64,000 nt of DNA from a bacterium (GCA_037140955.1 JBAXDL010000004.1:15268-79267); one strand, 5' to 3'. Positions 1 through 11,098 are shown, counted from the stretch's first letter. Program-made: numbers and translations. Notes: generated from the sequence alone by a model not told the origin.

Positions 1-80
1 TTTAAAATCAGGAATGTAGATATGTCCTTGTGTATTCATAAAAATAGTTCTAACGTCCTTTACTACCCCGTGCAGACAAG

Positions 81-109
81 AAAAAGAGGCTTTAGTTAGC
101 CTCTTTTTT
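81..109. terminator. Probable intrinsic terminator hairpin (bidirectional-looking)
   Basis: AAAAAGAGGCT-ttagtt-AGCCTCTTTTT inverted repeat with A/T tails. Confidence 0.5.
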
Positions 110-172
110 GGTAGGGCAGTGCGAAGCTTGAACTGTGCTATAATGTTGATATAAATTTATAAGATAAAAAAT

Positions 173-583
173 ATGAACATTGTTGCTTTTTTAAAATTAT
201 ATTTTGTTGCTGTGCCAATCTTTTTCATTATAGACATGATTTGGTTGGTTGTTATTGCTAAGGGTGTTTATCAAAAATATATGGGTCATTTGATGCGTCC
301 AATGCCAAATTGGCCAGTGGCAATACTATTTTATTTTCTATTTGTAGTTGGTTTGATAATATTTGCTGTTTATCCAGCAGTTAGAGATAACTCTTGGGCA
401 TATGCATTACTATATGGAGCTATGTTTGGATTTTTTACATATATTACATTTGATTTGACCAGTCTTGCTGTGCTGAAAAATTTTCCCTGGGAGATTGTCA
501 TTATTGATATTATATGGGGTACTGTTCTATCTTCGATTGTTTCTGTTGCTGCCTTTTTCATTGGTAGAAATTTTTTGAATTAA
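173..583 (+). CDS. DUF2177-family small membrane protein
   Basis: 136 aa, four hydrophobic segments, D-x-x-W-L near the N-terminus, FDLTSLA and IDIIWG motifs. Confidence 0.75.
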   Translation: MNIVAFLKLYFVAVPIFFIIDMIWLVVIAKGVYQKYMGHLMRPMPNWPVAILFYFLFVVGLIIFAVYPAVRDNSWAYALLYGAMFGFFTYITFDLTSLAVLKNFPWEIVIIDIIWGTVLSSIVSVAAFFIGRNFLN

Positions 584-590
584 TATAATT

Positions 591-1355
591 ATGACCATTA
601 TTTTCACACAAATAATATCACTTTTAATCTTTATGAATCTTTGGTTTGTTTATGCTGCTGTGAAAAAAAGAAACGATGTGGCTGATGTGGCTTGGGGTCT
701 TGGCTTTGTTCTTGTTGCCTCAATTGGAGCACTAATGAATCCTAATTCTAAAAACATTAGCATCCTTTTTCTTGTTGCTATTTGGGGATTTCGCTTGGCG
801 TATCATATTGCTAATAGGTTTTTCGGCAGCGCCATAGAAGACAAGCGCTATCAGAAAATGCGAGAGTCTTGGAGCGGTTCTATGGCTTTTAATTCTTGGT
901 ATCGTATTTTTATGGTTCAAGTCGGATTACTACTGCTTGTTGGTGCTAGTATACTTGCAGTTAATAATTCTGAAAGTAATAGCTTTAATTTGATTAATAT
1001 AATCGGAATAGTTGTTTGGATTTTTGGTATAAGTTTTGAAGCAATTGGAGATAGGCAGTTAAAGGTATTCTTGAGTAAGGATGAAAACAAGGGACGGATT
1101 ATGACAGCGGGTCTCTGGAAATTTACTCGTCATCCAAATTATTTTGGTGAGGCTACATTGTGGTGGGGTATATGGCTCGTTACTTTTGGCTCGCAATATT
1201 TTTGGCTTGGATTGATTGGTCCAATTACCATTACCATCCTCTTGCGATTTGTCTCTGGTGTTCCTTTGGCTGAAAAGGGATATGCTGACAATGATGAATT
1301 TATTGAGTATGCCAAAACAACTCCAGCTATGGTGCCTAATTTTTTTATTAAATAA
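591..1355 (+). CDS. DUF1295 / steroid 5-alpha-reductase-like membrane protein
   Basis: DVAWG, WGFRL, EDKRY and [14 protein letters not shown] motifs. Confidence 0.85.
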   Translation: MTIIFTQIISLLIFMNLWFVYAAVKKRNDVADVAWGLGFVLVASIGALMNPNSKNISILFLVAIWGFRLAYHIANRFFGSAIEDKRYQKMRESWSGSMAFNSWYRIFMVQVGLLLLVGASILAVNNSESNSFNLINIIGIVVWIFGISFEAIGDRQLKVFLSKDENKGRIMTAGLWKFTRHPNYFGEATLWWGIWLVTFGSQYFWLGLIGPITITILLRFVSGVPLAEKGYADNDEFIEYAKTTPAMVPNFFIK

Positions 1356-1357
1356 TA

Positions 1358-1720
1358 ATGAATAAATTAACATCTGAAGAAAAAAGAATCATCATTGACA
1401 AGGGCACAGAAGCTCCTTTTTCTGGGGAATATGTCAACAATCAAGAAACTGGTATTTATGTCTGCAAACAATGTGGAGCACCACTATATAATTCAAAAGA
1501 TAAGTTTGAATCTTCTTGTGGTTGGCCAAGCTTTGATGATGAAATTGAGGGTGCAGTAAAAAGAAGTTTGGATGCTGATGGTAATCGGACAGAAATTACC
1601 TGTGCTAAATGTGGGGCGCATCTCGGACATGTTTTTGAAGGTGAGCATTTAACCGAAAAGAATATTCGTCATTGTGTGAATTCAATTTCAATGAAGTTTA
1701 TTCCAGGGGAAAGTTTATGA
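1358..1720 (+). CDS. msrB: Methionine-R-sulfoxide reductase
   Basis: GTEAPF, CKQC, GWPSF, HLGHVF and RHCVNS motifs. Confidence 0.95.
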   Translation: MNKLTSEEKRIIIDKGTEAPFSGEYVNNQETGIYVCKQCGAPLYNSKDKFESSCGWPSFDDEIEGAVKRSLDADGNRTEITCAKCGAHLGHVFEGEHLTEKNIRHCVNSISMKFIPGESL

Positions 1721-2202
1721 ATAAAAAAATAGTATTAGCTGGTGGATGCTTTTGGGGATTGCAAGACCTTATTCGAAAACAAGATGGTGTGATTGCAACA
1801 AAGGTTGGATATGCTGGAGGAATGGTTGATAGTCCAACTTATGAAAATCATGAAGGTCATGCAGAAGCGGTGGAGATTGAATATGATGACGAGAAAACAT
1901 CTTTCGAGAAGATGTTGGATTTCTTTTTTCAAATTCATGATCCCACCACATTGAATCAACAAGGAAATGACAGGGGATTATCATATCGCAGTGCTATTTT
2001 TTATGCTAATAATGAGGAAAAAAAAGAAGCTGAAAAAATGATTGATATTGTGAATGAGTCTGGGCGTTGGAAAAAATCAGTAGTAACGGCGCTAGAGCCA
2101 ATGGAAAAATTTTATCTTGCTGAAAAATATCACCAGGATTATTTACAAAAAAATCCTGAAGGTTACACTTGTCATTTCATTAGGTTTGGGAGTTATTTAT
2201 AG
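1717..2202 (+). CDS. msrA: Peptide methionine-S-sulfoxide reductase
   Basis: GGCFWG, HAEAV, HDPT, YRSAIF and AEKYHQDY motifs; ATG at 1717 overlaps the msrB stop (ATGA). Confidence 0.95.
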   Translation: MNKKIVLAGGCFWGLQDLIRKQDGVIATKVGYAGGMVDSPTYENHEGHAEAVEIEYDDEKTSFEKMLDFFFQIHDPTTLNQQGNDRGLSYRSAIFYANNEEKKEAEKMIDIVNESGRWKKSVVTALEPMEKFYLAEKYHQDYLQKNPEGYTCHFIRFGSYL

Positions 2203-2322
2203 ATTTAATTGAATCAAGTTTAGCGCTGTAAAAGACAGTATAAATCTGTATTGGCTAATTAATAACTAGCTTCATCTTTGTTTAAGGAGCGTGCAATCGG
2301 CAGTATGCTATAATAGAAAGAT

Positions 2323-3567
2323 ATGAATATTACAGAATTAAAAGTTGGTTTTTTCTTGGCATATCGCCAGATCAAGAGGTCTAACTTCTGGATTACTTCT
2401 TTGATTGTTTTGGTTATGATGGTTACGTTTCTTAATCTTGTTGTTATCAGTGGGATATTGATTGGATTGATTGCTGGTTCAAGTAATGATTTTCGCAGTC
2501 ATTATTCTGGTGATGTTTTTATTAAACCAAAAACTGAATATAAAGTTATTAGAGATGCTGACAAAATTGTCGGCATTGCCAAGGGTTTGCCTGAGGTTGT
2601 TGATATTAGTACTCGCTATCTTTTACCTGTATCATTGGAAAATGATTACAAAAAAGAACTTTCTGAAAATAAGTCAAAAAACATTTCATCAACTATTCTG
2701 GCTGGAATTACTCCTGCAGATGAGGATAAGGTTACAGGTTTGAGCTCTTTTTTGGTTGAGGGTGATTTTTTGTCAGAAGATGATACTGACAAAATTTTGG
2801 TTGGCAGTAGTCTTTTGAGTCAATATTCTGATGCATTAAGTCAAAATACGATTAAAAATGTGAAAATTGGCAGCAAGCTCAGAATGACTATTGGTGACAA
2901 TTTTCATGATGTTATTGTTAAAGGTATAATCAAAATAAAAGTAGGTGATGTGAGTCAGCGCATATTTATGAACAAAAAACATATGCTAAATCTGATACAA
3001 TTAAACAAGAATGATGCAAGTGAAATCGCTATTACAATTGATCCAAAAACTGAATCTGCATACATAAAAGAGAGTTTGCAAAATAGCAATATAGATAAAA
3101 GTGCCTTGGTGCAAACATGGGAAGAGGCTCAGGGAAAATTTTTCAAGGATCTTTCTTCTACGTTTACTATCTTGGGAAATGTTATAGGCACTATTGGGCT
3201 AGTTGTCGCGTCAATTACGATTTTTATTGTTATCTTTATCAATGCAATAAGTCGTAAAAAGTTCATAGGTATACTGAAGGGCATTGGTGTTAGCGGATCA
3301 ACAATACGTTATTCATACCTTTTTCAATCTATTTTTTATGCTACTATTGGTTCGCTACTTGGTCTTATGTTACTTTATGGAATACTTGTTCCATATTTTG
3401 ATAAAAATCCAATTGACTTTCCGTTTAGTGATGGTATTTTGGCTGTTACTGCTGCTGGTACCACTTGGAGATTGGGATTGCTTTTTCTGGCTACGCTTAT
3501 TGCGGGATTTTTACCAGCACAAATTGTTATAAGGAGGAATACTTTAGATTCTATTTTAGGAAGATAA
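2323..3567 (+). CDS. FtsX/MacB-type ABC transporter permease
   Basis: N-terminal TM, large extracytoplasmic domain, three C-terminal TMs with IGILKGIG. Confidence 0.85.
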   Translation: MNITELKVGFFLAYRQIKRSNFWITSLIVLVMMVTFLNLVVISGILIGLIAGSSNDFRSHYSGDVFIKPKTEYKVIRDADKIVGIAKGLPEVVDISTRYLLPVSLENDYKKELSENKSKNISSTILAGITPADEDKVTGLSSFLVEGDFLSEDDTDKILVGSSLLSQYSDALSQNTIKNVKIGSKLRMTIGDNFHDVIVKGIIKIKVGDVSQRIFMNKKHMLNLIQLNKNDASEIAITIDPKTESAYIKESLQNSNIDKSALVQTWEEAQGKFFKDLSSTFTILGNVIGTIGLVVASITIFIVIFINAISRKKFIGILKGIGVSGSTIRYSYLFQSIFYATIGSLLGLMLLYGILVPYFDKNPIDFPFSDGILAVTAAGTTWRLGLLFLATLIAGFLPAQIVIRRNTLDSILGR

Positions 3568-3570
3568 ATT

Positions 3571-4275
3571 ATGTTAAATGCAAAAAATATAACCAAAACT
3601 TTCATCACCGGTGAAGTTGAACAAAAAGTTCTAAAGGGGATTGATTTTTCTGTTGAAGGCGGGGAGTTTGTTTCAATTATGGGAAGATCTGGAGCTGGCA
3701 AGAGCACGCTCTTGTATATCTTGAGCTTATTAGATGAGACTCCTTCCGGACAGGTTTTTATTAAAAATGAAGAAATAACCTTATTGTCTGGAGACGAGGC
3801 GGTTAGTTATCGTCTTAATAATTTCGGTTTTGTTTTTCAGGAATATGCCCTATTGCCAGAATTAAACGCTCTGGAAAATGTTGCATTGCCACTATTAATG
3901 CGCGGTCAAAAAAGAAAGAGTGCTTATGAAATCGCCAAAAAAGCTCTCGAGCAAGTCGGTTTGGAAAATAAATTGGAAAATTTTTCCAGCCAGCTTTCTG
4001 GTGGTGAACAGCAACGCGTTAGTATTGCCAGGGCCGTTGCTCATAATCCAAAAATAATATTTGCTGATGAGCCAACAGCTAATTTAGATACCCAACGTGC
4101 ATGTGAAATTATGAATATTTTTATTGATTTGAATAAAAAAGGTCAAACAATTGTAATGGTGACCCATGAATTGGAATATGCCAAGGCAACACATCGTATA
4201 ATAGAATTGCGTGATGGATTGACTGTGAACGATCGCCGAATACTTGATCCAAAAATGCTTCTCTGTAAATTATAA
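3571..4275 (+). CDS. LolD/MacB-type ABC ATP-binding protein
   Basis: GRSGAGKST, LSGGEQQR, DEPT and VTH motifs. Confidence 0.92.
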   Translation: MLNAKNITKTFITGEVEQKVLKGIDFSVEGGEFVSIMGRSGAGKSTLLYILSLLDETPSGQVFIKNEEITLLSGDEAVSYRLNNFGFVFQEYALLPELNALENVALPLLMRGQKRKSAYEIAKKALEQVGLENKLENFSSQLSGGEQQRVSIARAVAHNPKIIFADEPTANLDTQRACEIMNIFIDLNKKGQTIVMVTHELEYAKATHRIIELRDGLTVNDRRILDPKMLLCKL

Positions 4276-4310
4276 TAAAGAGAAGGTTTTTTGTACCATT
4301 TGCTTTAATT

Positions 4311-5174
4311 ATGAAAAAAAATAAAAGACTTAAAATTGGCTTGGTCTTGGGTGGCGGTGGTCCCAGGGGATTGGCTCATATTGGTGTTATTAAAGTTTTA
4401 AAGGAGAATAATATTCCCATTGATTTTATTGCTGGAACAAGTATTGGGGCAATGATTGGTGGATTTTATGCTCACACCATGGATATTAAAAAAGTTGAAG
4501 AAATAGCACTTGGTATGGATCATAGATTGATGTTTTCACTGTTAGACCCATCTTTGGGTGGTGGTCTTTTTGGTGGAAACAAAGTAGAAAGTTTCATCGA
4601 AAAAAATTTGGAAAACATTAATTTTGAAAGCTTAAAGATTCCACTGTCGGTGGTTGCGACTAATTTTAAAAATGGAGATGCTGTGATTATTAATAATGGA
4701 AACCTTTCAACTGCCATAATAGCAAGTATTTCTTTGCCATTAGTCTTTAAGCCAGTGAAAAGAGGGAATAAGCTCTTGGTTGATGGTGGATTGTCATTGC
4801 CTGTCCCTGTTGATGTTGTCAAGGAAATGGGGGCTGATTTTGTCATTGCTGTCAATTTGAATGCTGATTTTTTTTCTGACAACAACAAGCTAGCTGATAA
4901 AATAGGTCTTTATAAAATCGCTGAAAGTTCAATAAATCTTTTGCAACACAATCTTTCTTATCAGAATGTCAGAAATGCCGATATTGTTATTAATCCTCGA
5001 GTTGGAAAAACAAGCTGGAAAAAGTTTCTTGATGGTAAAGATGTTATTTTGGAAGGTGAAAAAGCAACTAGGAAAATAATTTTGCAATTAAAGGAACTAA
5101 TGAATGAGCGAAATGATGCAAATTCAAAATTGCACATTGATGTGCTTGCTAAAATAAAAGAATTATTTAAATAA
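4311..5174 (+). CDS. Patatin-like phospholipase (RssA/NTE family)
   Basis: GGGGPRG, GTSIG and DGG motifs. Confidence 0.9.
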   Translation: MKKNKRLKIGLVLGGGGPRGLAHIGVIKVLKENNIPIDFIAGTSIGAMIGGFYAHTMDIKKVEEIALGMDHRLMFSLLDPSLGGGLFGGNKVESFIEKNLENINFESLKIPLSVVATNFKNGDAVIINNGNLSTAIIASISLPLVFKPVKRGNKLLVDGGLSLPVPVDVVKEMGADFVIAVNLNADFFSDNNKLADKIGLYKIAESSINLLQHNLSYQNVRNADIVINPRVGKTSWKKFLDGKDVILEGEKATRKIILQLKELMNERNDANSKLHIDVLAKIKELFK

Positions 5175-5210
5175 TTCTTTTATGATTTTTAGTTTTTTTC
5201 TTTATAATTA

Positions 5211-5450
5211 TTAACGAAGTGCTCTTACGATCGCAATCAAAACAGCTGCTCCAAGAATAGCGACAAGAAAACTATAAATATTGAAGCCAGAAACACCGCT
5301 TTCTCCAGCCAAACTCATTATCTATCCACCCAGCACTGACCCAACAATACCAAAGATTATATCCATGAGTAATCCCTCACTGGTTCCCATGATTGCTGAG
5401 GCAACCCATCCAACAATGGCTCCAAAGATGATCCAAATTAAGATACTCAT
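5211..5450 (-). pseudogene. GlsB/YeaQ/YmgE (transglycosylase-associated) membrane protein with an internal amber stop
   Basis: Hand translation MSILIWIIFGAIVGWVASAIMGTSEGLLMDIIFGIVGSVLGG*IMSLAGESGVSGFNIYSFLVAILGAAVLIAIVRALR; TAG at 5322-5324 where Trp (TGG) is typical; absent from the ORF track. Confidence 0.8.
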
Positions 5451-5585
5451 ATTTTTTTGTTATTTGTCGTTAGTAATACAGTTCATATGTTTTTATATTT
5501 CATATGGCCTTTTTTATTTTCATAAAACTAGTTAATTTTCTTTATTTTGCTATAATACTAATTACGCTATATTTTCAATATTTAC

Positions 5586-7415
5586 ATGAAAAATTCAGAC
5601 AAGGAAGTTGTCATAAATAAAACCAAAAAACACATAAAAGATGTTGTTTTTGAATTGGAAAAAGTAGCAATTGAGAATCAAAAAGCGCTCAAAAAAAGCA
5701 AAAAAATATACAAAACACTTTCATGGGGAGACAAAATTGTTGAAGATGGACTCATTAAATACGGCAAAAAGAGGGTTGGCGAGCTTCAGTACTTGAAAGG
5801 TTCGCCATATTTTGTGCGTTGCGATGTTATTTGGGAAAATGAAAAAGAGATTAAAAGTATTTTCTTTGGAAAATTTGGTTTTGGTGAGAAAGAAATTTAC
5901 TCTTGGATTACTCCTGCTTCAACAATACGATATGAAAATCCTGGACAAGTTAGATACATCAGGCCCGATGGCAATTTGCAAAAAGCAAGTTTGGTGCGTA
6001 AGGATCAGTATATGATTGTTGGTGGTGAGATTAAATTTCTTGCAACTGAGGATATTGATAATCCAAGAGAATTGGTATATCAAGAATATTTTTCAAGTAG
6101 AAAAACCGGTTTTGTTTTGCCTGAAATTGTTGCTCAAATGGAGAAAGCGCAAGATCAAGTTATTCGTGCACATCACATTGGTCCGTTTTTGATTTCTGGC
6201 CCAGCAGGAAGCGGAAAGACGACACTTGCTTTGCATCGCACGGCATATCTTGTGCAAGCTCCTGATTTGTCTAGCCCATATACAAATGATTCAATTGTTG
6301 TGTTTGTGCAGGACAATGGAACAAAGGAATATTTTTCACATCTTCTTCCAGAACTTGGCATTGAAGACGTTTTGATCACAACTTTTTCCGATTGGGCTTT
6401 TTCGATCTTGGATATTGATAGTACTTACGTTTTTAGGTTTGGTCAAAACGAAAGTGAAAAGGATTTATATGAATTTGTAAAATTAAAAGCACTGAATGGT
6501 GCAAAAATAAGTGGATATAGAAAGAATAATATTTATAATATCCTGGAAAATTATTATGGTAAATATTTTTCTCAAAGCCAAAAGGAATTGTTTCAAGAAC
6601 AAAAGAAATTGAGATTATTAGATAGAATTGATCTTTCCTTGTTGCTTGATGCGTATGCTAATGCAAATGGTGGAATTGGAACGATTAAGGATTACTGGAT
6701 TGAACTCAAGAATGGCTCAATGCGCAAGAAAAGAGGGTTTGTGCCATTTGAATATTCCTTGGCTGTCGTGGATGAATTTCAAAATTATCTTCCATTGCAA
6801 TTGTCACTGATAAAATCATGTATTAGCAAAAAAAGTCAATCAATATTGTATATTGGGGATATGGCGCAGCAAGTTCAGCTTGGAACTATAAGTGATTGGG
6901 GTGCTATTGGTGAGAAAATAGAAGATCAACGAGAAGTTATTTTGCATAAGGTTTATCGAAATACTGAGAATATCTTACGATATATTGAAAGTTTGGGATA
7001 TAAAATTGAAATTCCAGAGGGCATCAAGAAGGGCTGCGATGTTGTGGAATGTATTTTTCATAGCATTAATGATGAAATATTACACATTGGAAGTTATATT
7101 TCCAGTAATGATTTTGCAAGTATTGGTATTTTGGCAAAAAATGAACAATATTTGCATGATTTTAAAAAGGCTTTTGATGGCAATAAAAGTGTTCATGTGA
7201 TGACAATGTATGAATCTCAGGGTGTGGAATTTGACATTGTTTTTATTGTTGGCATATCTGCTGACACGTTTTCCTTGTCAGTTGAAATTCCTGTTGAACT
7301 TGTGATTCAAAAGGCCAAGATCAATAGTGATCTTTTATATGTGGCACTTACGCGCGCAATTTCGCAACTTCAAGTTCTTGGCAAGGTGAAGCTTGTTGAT
7401 ATTATGCAAAATTAG
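5586..7415 (+). CDS. HelD-like SF1 helicase/ATPase (UvrD family)
   Basis: GPAGSGKTT, VDEFQ, GDMAQ, YRNT, QGVEFD and YVALTRA motifs; N-terminal PYFxRxD and WxxP motifs resemble HelD. Confidence 0.75.
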   Translation: MKNSDKEVVINKTKKHIKDVVFELEKVAIENQKALKKSKKIYKTLSWGDKIVEDGLIKYGKKRVGELQYLKGSPYFVRCDVIWENEKEIKSIFFGKFGFGEKEIYSWITPASTIRYENPGQVRYIRPDGNLQKASLVRKDQYMIVGGEIKFLATEDIDNPRELVYQEYFSSRKTGFVLPEIVAQMEKAQDQVIRAHHIGPFLISGPAGSGKTTLALHRTAYLVQAPDLSSPYTNDSIVVFVQDNGTKEYFSHLLPELGIEDVLITTFSDWAFSILDIDSTYVFRFGQNESEKDLYEFVKLKALNGAKISGYRKNNIYNILENYYGKYFSQSQKELFQEQKKLRLLDRIDLSLLLDAYANANGGIGTIKDYWIELKNGSMRKKRGFVPFEYSLAVVDEFQNYLPLQLSLIKSCISKKSQSILYIGDMAQQVQLGTISDWGAIGEKIEDQREVILHKVYRNTENILRYIESLGYKIEIPEGIKKGCDVVECIFHSINDEILHIGSYISSNDFASIGILAKNEQYLHDFKKAFDGNKSVHVMTMYESQGVEFDIVFIVGISADTFSLSVEIPVELVIQKAKINSDLLYVALTRAISQLQVLGKVKLVDIMQN

Positions 7416-7488
7416 CTATATCAAGAAATGATCTTTCGTGATATACTTGTCACATAGAGTAATAAAAAAAGTCTAAATTTTTTGACAT

Positions 7489-7851
7489 ATGAACAAGCGA
7501 ATATTGATTTTAGAGGATGAAAAGCCGATGTTGAAAGCGCTTACAATTAAACTTGAAAGTGAAAGTCTTGATGTTGTTGGTGTTTCTGATGCCAGTGATT
7601 TTTTTCAGAAAATAGAAGAAGAAAAATTTGATTTGATTTTGCTTGATTTGATGCTTCCTGGAATGTCTGGTTTTGATGTTTTGGAAAAATTAAAAGAAGG
7701 AGACATTAAAACCCCTGTAATTATAGCTTCAAATTTGGGCCAGAAAGATGACAAGAAAAGAGCATTGGATTTGGGCGCTGTGGAATATCTGGTTAAGTCA
7801 GAAACATCTCTTACCGATATTGTAAAAATAGTGAAAAATTTTTTGAAATAA
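7489..7851 (+). CDS. Single-domain response regulator (REC)
   Basis: ILILEDE, LLDLMLPGMSG and LVK motifs. Confidence 0.9.
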   Translation: MNKRILILEDEKPMLKALTIKLESESLDVVGVSDASDFFQKIEEEKFDLILLDLMLPGMSGFDVLEKLKEGDIKTPVIIASNLGQKDDKKRALDLGAVEYLVKSETSLTDIVKIVKNFLK

Positions 7852-7875
7852 AACATCAATAATAAAAACAAAAAA

Positions 7876-9519
7876 ATGCAAATAGAAGAAAAAGCATTGC
7901 TGGAGATAATCACCAGAGAGAAATATCTCTCAGTTGATGATTTGAATGAAGCAATTGAAAAATCAAAAAAAACTCGTTCCTCGGTTTTGTCATATCTTCT
8001 GCAGAATAATTATCTTAGCAAGGACCTTATTGGTCAGGCTATTGCGGAATATTTTTCTGTTCCGTATGCTGATTTGAATTCTAGTCAGCCAGCTGTTGAG
8101 GATATTATGCGAATTCCTGAATCAACTGCCAGGAAGATGAATGTGGTATTATTTTCCGAAAAAGAAAAAGAAGTTATTTTGGCCACCGATGATCCTGCTA
8201 ATAAATTGATTGTGAATAAATTAGCATTGATTTTTCCTGGAAAAAAAATAACATTGGCCTATGGTTTGTCAGAGGACATTGCTAAATGCTTTAATGCTTA
8301 TAGGCAGGATATCACACTTCGATTTGCAGCTATTATAAACAATAAGCAAAAAATTGCTCCAGAGATAGTCTTGGAGATTTTGCGCTATGCAATTGATTTT
8401 TCAGCTTCTGATATTCATTTTGAACCAAAGGAAGATGAGGCAATTATTAGATTTAGAATTGATGGTGTTTTGCAGGAAATAGGGAGAATATCAATTCAAT
8501 ATTATGACAATATTATAAATTATTTGAAAGTGCGTGCTGTTTTGCGCATTGATGAACATCGCAGTGCTCAAGATGGTGCTATTCGTTTTTCTGATGATTT
8601 TGGTGAAATAGATGTTAGAATTTCTATTGTGCCAGTTGTTGATGGTGAAAAAATAGTGCTAAGATTGTTGTCTAGAAATATTAGCATGCTCGGAATTGAT
8701 AATCTTGGTCTTTCAGCTGCTAATCATGCTGTGCTTGAAAATTCTATCAACAAACCATTTGGCATGATTGTTGTTAGTGGTCCAACTGGATCTGGAAAAA
8801 CAACAACATTGTACGCATTGTTGCGCGACATAAATAATTCAGAAATAAACATCACTTCAATTGAGGATCCTGTTGAGTATATAATCTCTGGAGCCAATCA
8901 GATTCAAGTTAACCTGGAAACAGAATTGACTTTTGCCAAGGGTCTTCGCTCTATTGTTCGTCAAGATCCTGATGTTATTTTGGTTGGTGAAATTAGAGAC
9001 AAGGAAACTGCTGAAATATCAGTTAATGCTGCACTGACTGGTCATCTTTTGTTCTCCACTTTTCATGCTAATAATGCGGCATCAACCATTCCTAGGCTTG
9101 TTGATATGGGCATAGAACGCTCATTGTTAGCTTCAACACTTGAATTGATTGTCTCACAAAGATTGTTGCGCAAAATATGTGAAAAGTGTCGCTATAGCGA
9201 ATCAATTTCTGCTGAATATCTCAAGAAATTTCCAGCAAAATTTGCGGGTTTTTTGCATGGCATTTCTGATGTTTATAAAGGAAAGGGTTGTAGTGCTTGT
9301 AATAATACTGGCTATCGTGGAAGAATTGCAGTTTTTGAGGTGATCAAGATGACCATTGAAATGCAAGAATTGATAATAAAAAATTCAACATCCCGTGAAA
9401 TTTGGGAATTAGCCTCATCACAAGGATCAATCTCTATGTTTGATGATGCAAAAAAAAAAGCAGAAGTTGGAATCACAACTTTTGAAGAGGTTTTTCGTGT
9501 GGCACCTCCTCAAGAATAA
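7876..9519 (+). CDS. pilB: Type IV pilus / T2SS assembly ATPase (PilB/GspE)
   Basis: ASDIHFEP, GPTGSGKTT, IEDPVEY, RQDPDVILVGEIRD and TGH motifs; CxxC...CxxC zinc site. Confidence 0.88.
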   Translation: MQIEEKALLEIITREKYLSVDDLNEAIEKSKKTRSSVLSYLLQNNYLSKDLIGQAIAEYFSVPYADLNSSQPAVEDIMRIPESTARKMNVVLFSEKEKEVILATDDPANKLIVNKLALIFPGKKITLAYGLSEDIAKCFNAYRQDITLRFAAIINNKQKIAPEIVLEILRYAIDFSASDIHFEPKEDEAIIRFRIDGVLQEIGRISIQYYDNIINYLKVRAVLRIDEHRSAQDGAIRFSDDFGEIDVRISIVPVVDGEKIVLRLLSRNISMLGIDNLGLSAANHAVLENSINKPFGMIVVSGPTGSGKTTTLYALLRDINNSEINITSIEDPVEYIISGANQIQVNLETELTFAKGLRSIVRQDPDVILVGEIRDKETAEISVNAALTGHLLFSTFHANNAASTIPRLVDMGIERSLLASTLELIVSQRLLRKICEKCRYSESISAEYLKKFPAKFAGFLHGISDVYKGKGCSACNNTGYRGRIAVFEVIKMTIEMQELIIKNSTSREIWELASSQGSISMFDDAKKKAEVGITTFEEVFRVAPPQE

Positions 9520-9551
9520 TTGTTTGCCTAAGATTTATTGAAAAATAAAAA

Positions 9552-10649
9552 ATGAAAAACAAAAATAATGAAATTTCAAATTGGGTTGCTCCTTTTTTGT
9601 ATTTTGGTTTAAAAAATCAGGCTTTTAATTTTGTTGAAAATATTTCATATTTCTTGTCTGCTGGAATGTCATTGGCCATGGCTCTTTCGTCGATGGAGGC
9701 TGAAATGTCTGGCTTTAGGATGAAAAGACTTTGCAAGCGCATGCAAGGTGACATTCAGGATGGATTTTCTCTTTCTCAGTCATTTGAAAGGCAAAAATTT
9801 TTTAGTGCAAATGTCATTGCTCTGGTTCGTGCTGGTGAAATAACTGGAAAACTGGCAGAAAACATGCGCTTGGTCGCACTACTCAATGATGAGGATCAAA
9901 AATTAAAATCAAAGCTGAATTCATCTCTCTTGTATGGAACAATAATCTTGGTTTTGACTGTTGTTGTTGGGGTTGGAACAGCTTGGTTTGTTTTGCCAGT
10001 AATTTCCGATGTGTATTCTAAAATAGGTGAGGATTTGCCGCTGATAACTCGTGTTTTAATTTCTGGAGGAACTTTTTTGGTCAACTACGGTGCAATTTTT
10101 CTGCCAATTGCTTTTGCTTTTTTGGTGGCATTTTTGTATTTTATTTTTAGTTTTCCGAAGACAAAGTTTATTGGTCATTTGTTGCTTTTTCATGTTCCAT
10201 TGGTCAAAAAATTAATAAAAGAAAGTGAAATTACGCGTTTTGGTTATATTCTTGGTAACATGTTAAATTCTGGCTTACCGATAAATGAAGCTTTGGCAAC
10301 AATGCCAAACACGACGACATTTAAAAATTATCAAAAACTTTATTTGCACTTGGAATCTAAAATTTTGGAAGGATTTTCTTTTTATGATAGTTTGAAGTCC
10401 TATGGAAAAATAAACAGCCTTTTTCCTGGTAATGTTTTGCAGATGATTTCATCGGCAGAAAGATCTGGAAAATTGTCAGAAACCTTGCTGAGAATAAGTG
10501 GTCTATATGCAACAAAGGTTGAAAACACTTCTCGCAATTTGCCAATAATTTTGGAGCCAATAATTTTGATTTTTGTTGGTCTTGGCGTGGCTTTGTTTGT
10601 GCTTGCAACTATTATGCCTATTTATAATTTGTCCAATATTATAAAATGA
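9552..10649 (+). CDS. pilC: Type IV pilus platform protein (PilC/GspF)
   Basis: Two GspF-type repeats (GEITGKL, AERSGKL), LEP motif; follows pilB. Confidence 0.85.
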   Translation: MKNKNNEISNWVAPFLYFGLKNQAFNFVENISYFLSAGMSLAMALSSMEAEMSGFRMKRLCKRMQGDIQDGFSLSQSFERQKFFSANVIALVRAGEITGKLAENMRLVALLNDEDQKLKSKLNSSLLYGTIILVLTVVVGVGTAWFVLPVISDVYSKIGEDLPLITRVLISGGTFLVNYGAIFLPIAFAFLVAFLYFIFSFPKTKFIGHLLLFHVPLVKKLIKESEITRFGYILGNMLNSGLPINEALATMPNTTTFKNYQKLYLHLESKILEGFSFYDSLKSYGKINSLFPGNVLQMISSAERSGKLSETLLRISGLYATKVENTSRNLPIILEPIILIFVGLGVALFVLATIMPIYNLSNIIK

Positions 10650-11098
10650 AGCAAGACAAAAGAAATATGCAAGGTTTTTCACTTGTTGAATTGTTAGTTG
10701 TTATTGCTATTGTTTTCGTAATAGCAGCAACAGGAACGAGTGGCTTTTTTTATTTCAAAAAAAATGTGGAAATTGATGTTGATGTTCAAAAAATTGCCAA
10801 TTTGATCAGGAAGGCACAGTTAAAATCAAAAGCAATGACAAATGATAGTCCTTGGGGAATTGAAATTACAAGTAGTGGTGTGACAATATTCAAAGGAACT
10901 GTCTTTGCTGTCAGGCAGCAATCTTTTGATGAAAGTGTTGCAATTAAAGGTCTTGTTGGTGTTTCAGGAAAAACTGAAATAGTGTTTTCAAAGCTCACTG
11001 GTCTTCCTACTGCTAATTCAATTGGCGTGCTATCACTTTATAATGGAATAAATACTAAAAATATTCAAATAAATGAAGAGGGGGTTATCAATTATTAA
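10646..11098 (+). CDS. Type IV prepilin (FimU/GspH-like minor pilin)
   Basis: Class III signal QG|FSLVELLVVIAI. Confidence 0.85.
   Translation: MKQDKRNMQGFSLVELLVVIAIVFVIAATGTSGFFYFKKNVEIDVDVQKIANLIRKAQLKSKAMTNDSPWGIEITSSGVTIFKGTVFAVRQQSFDESVAIKGLVGVSGKTEIVFSKLTGLPTANSIGVLSLYNGINTKNIQINEEGVINY

Noticed and set aside
1-39. Possible 5' end of a - strand gene (MNTQGHIYIPDFK)
   Set aside because: Only 13 codons are visible, which is too little to support.
5322-5324. Possible TAG recoding or an alternative genetic code
   Set aside because: TAG ends conserved genes at their expected positions (msrA, glyS, aspS, rpsK) and TGA also acts as a stop (msrB), so a single lesion is more likely.
5281-5535. 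84-aa + strand ORF
   Set aside because: Antisense shadow of the GlsB/YeaQ/YmgE frame.
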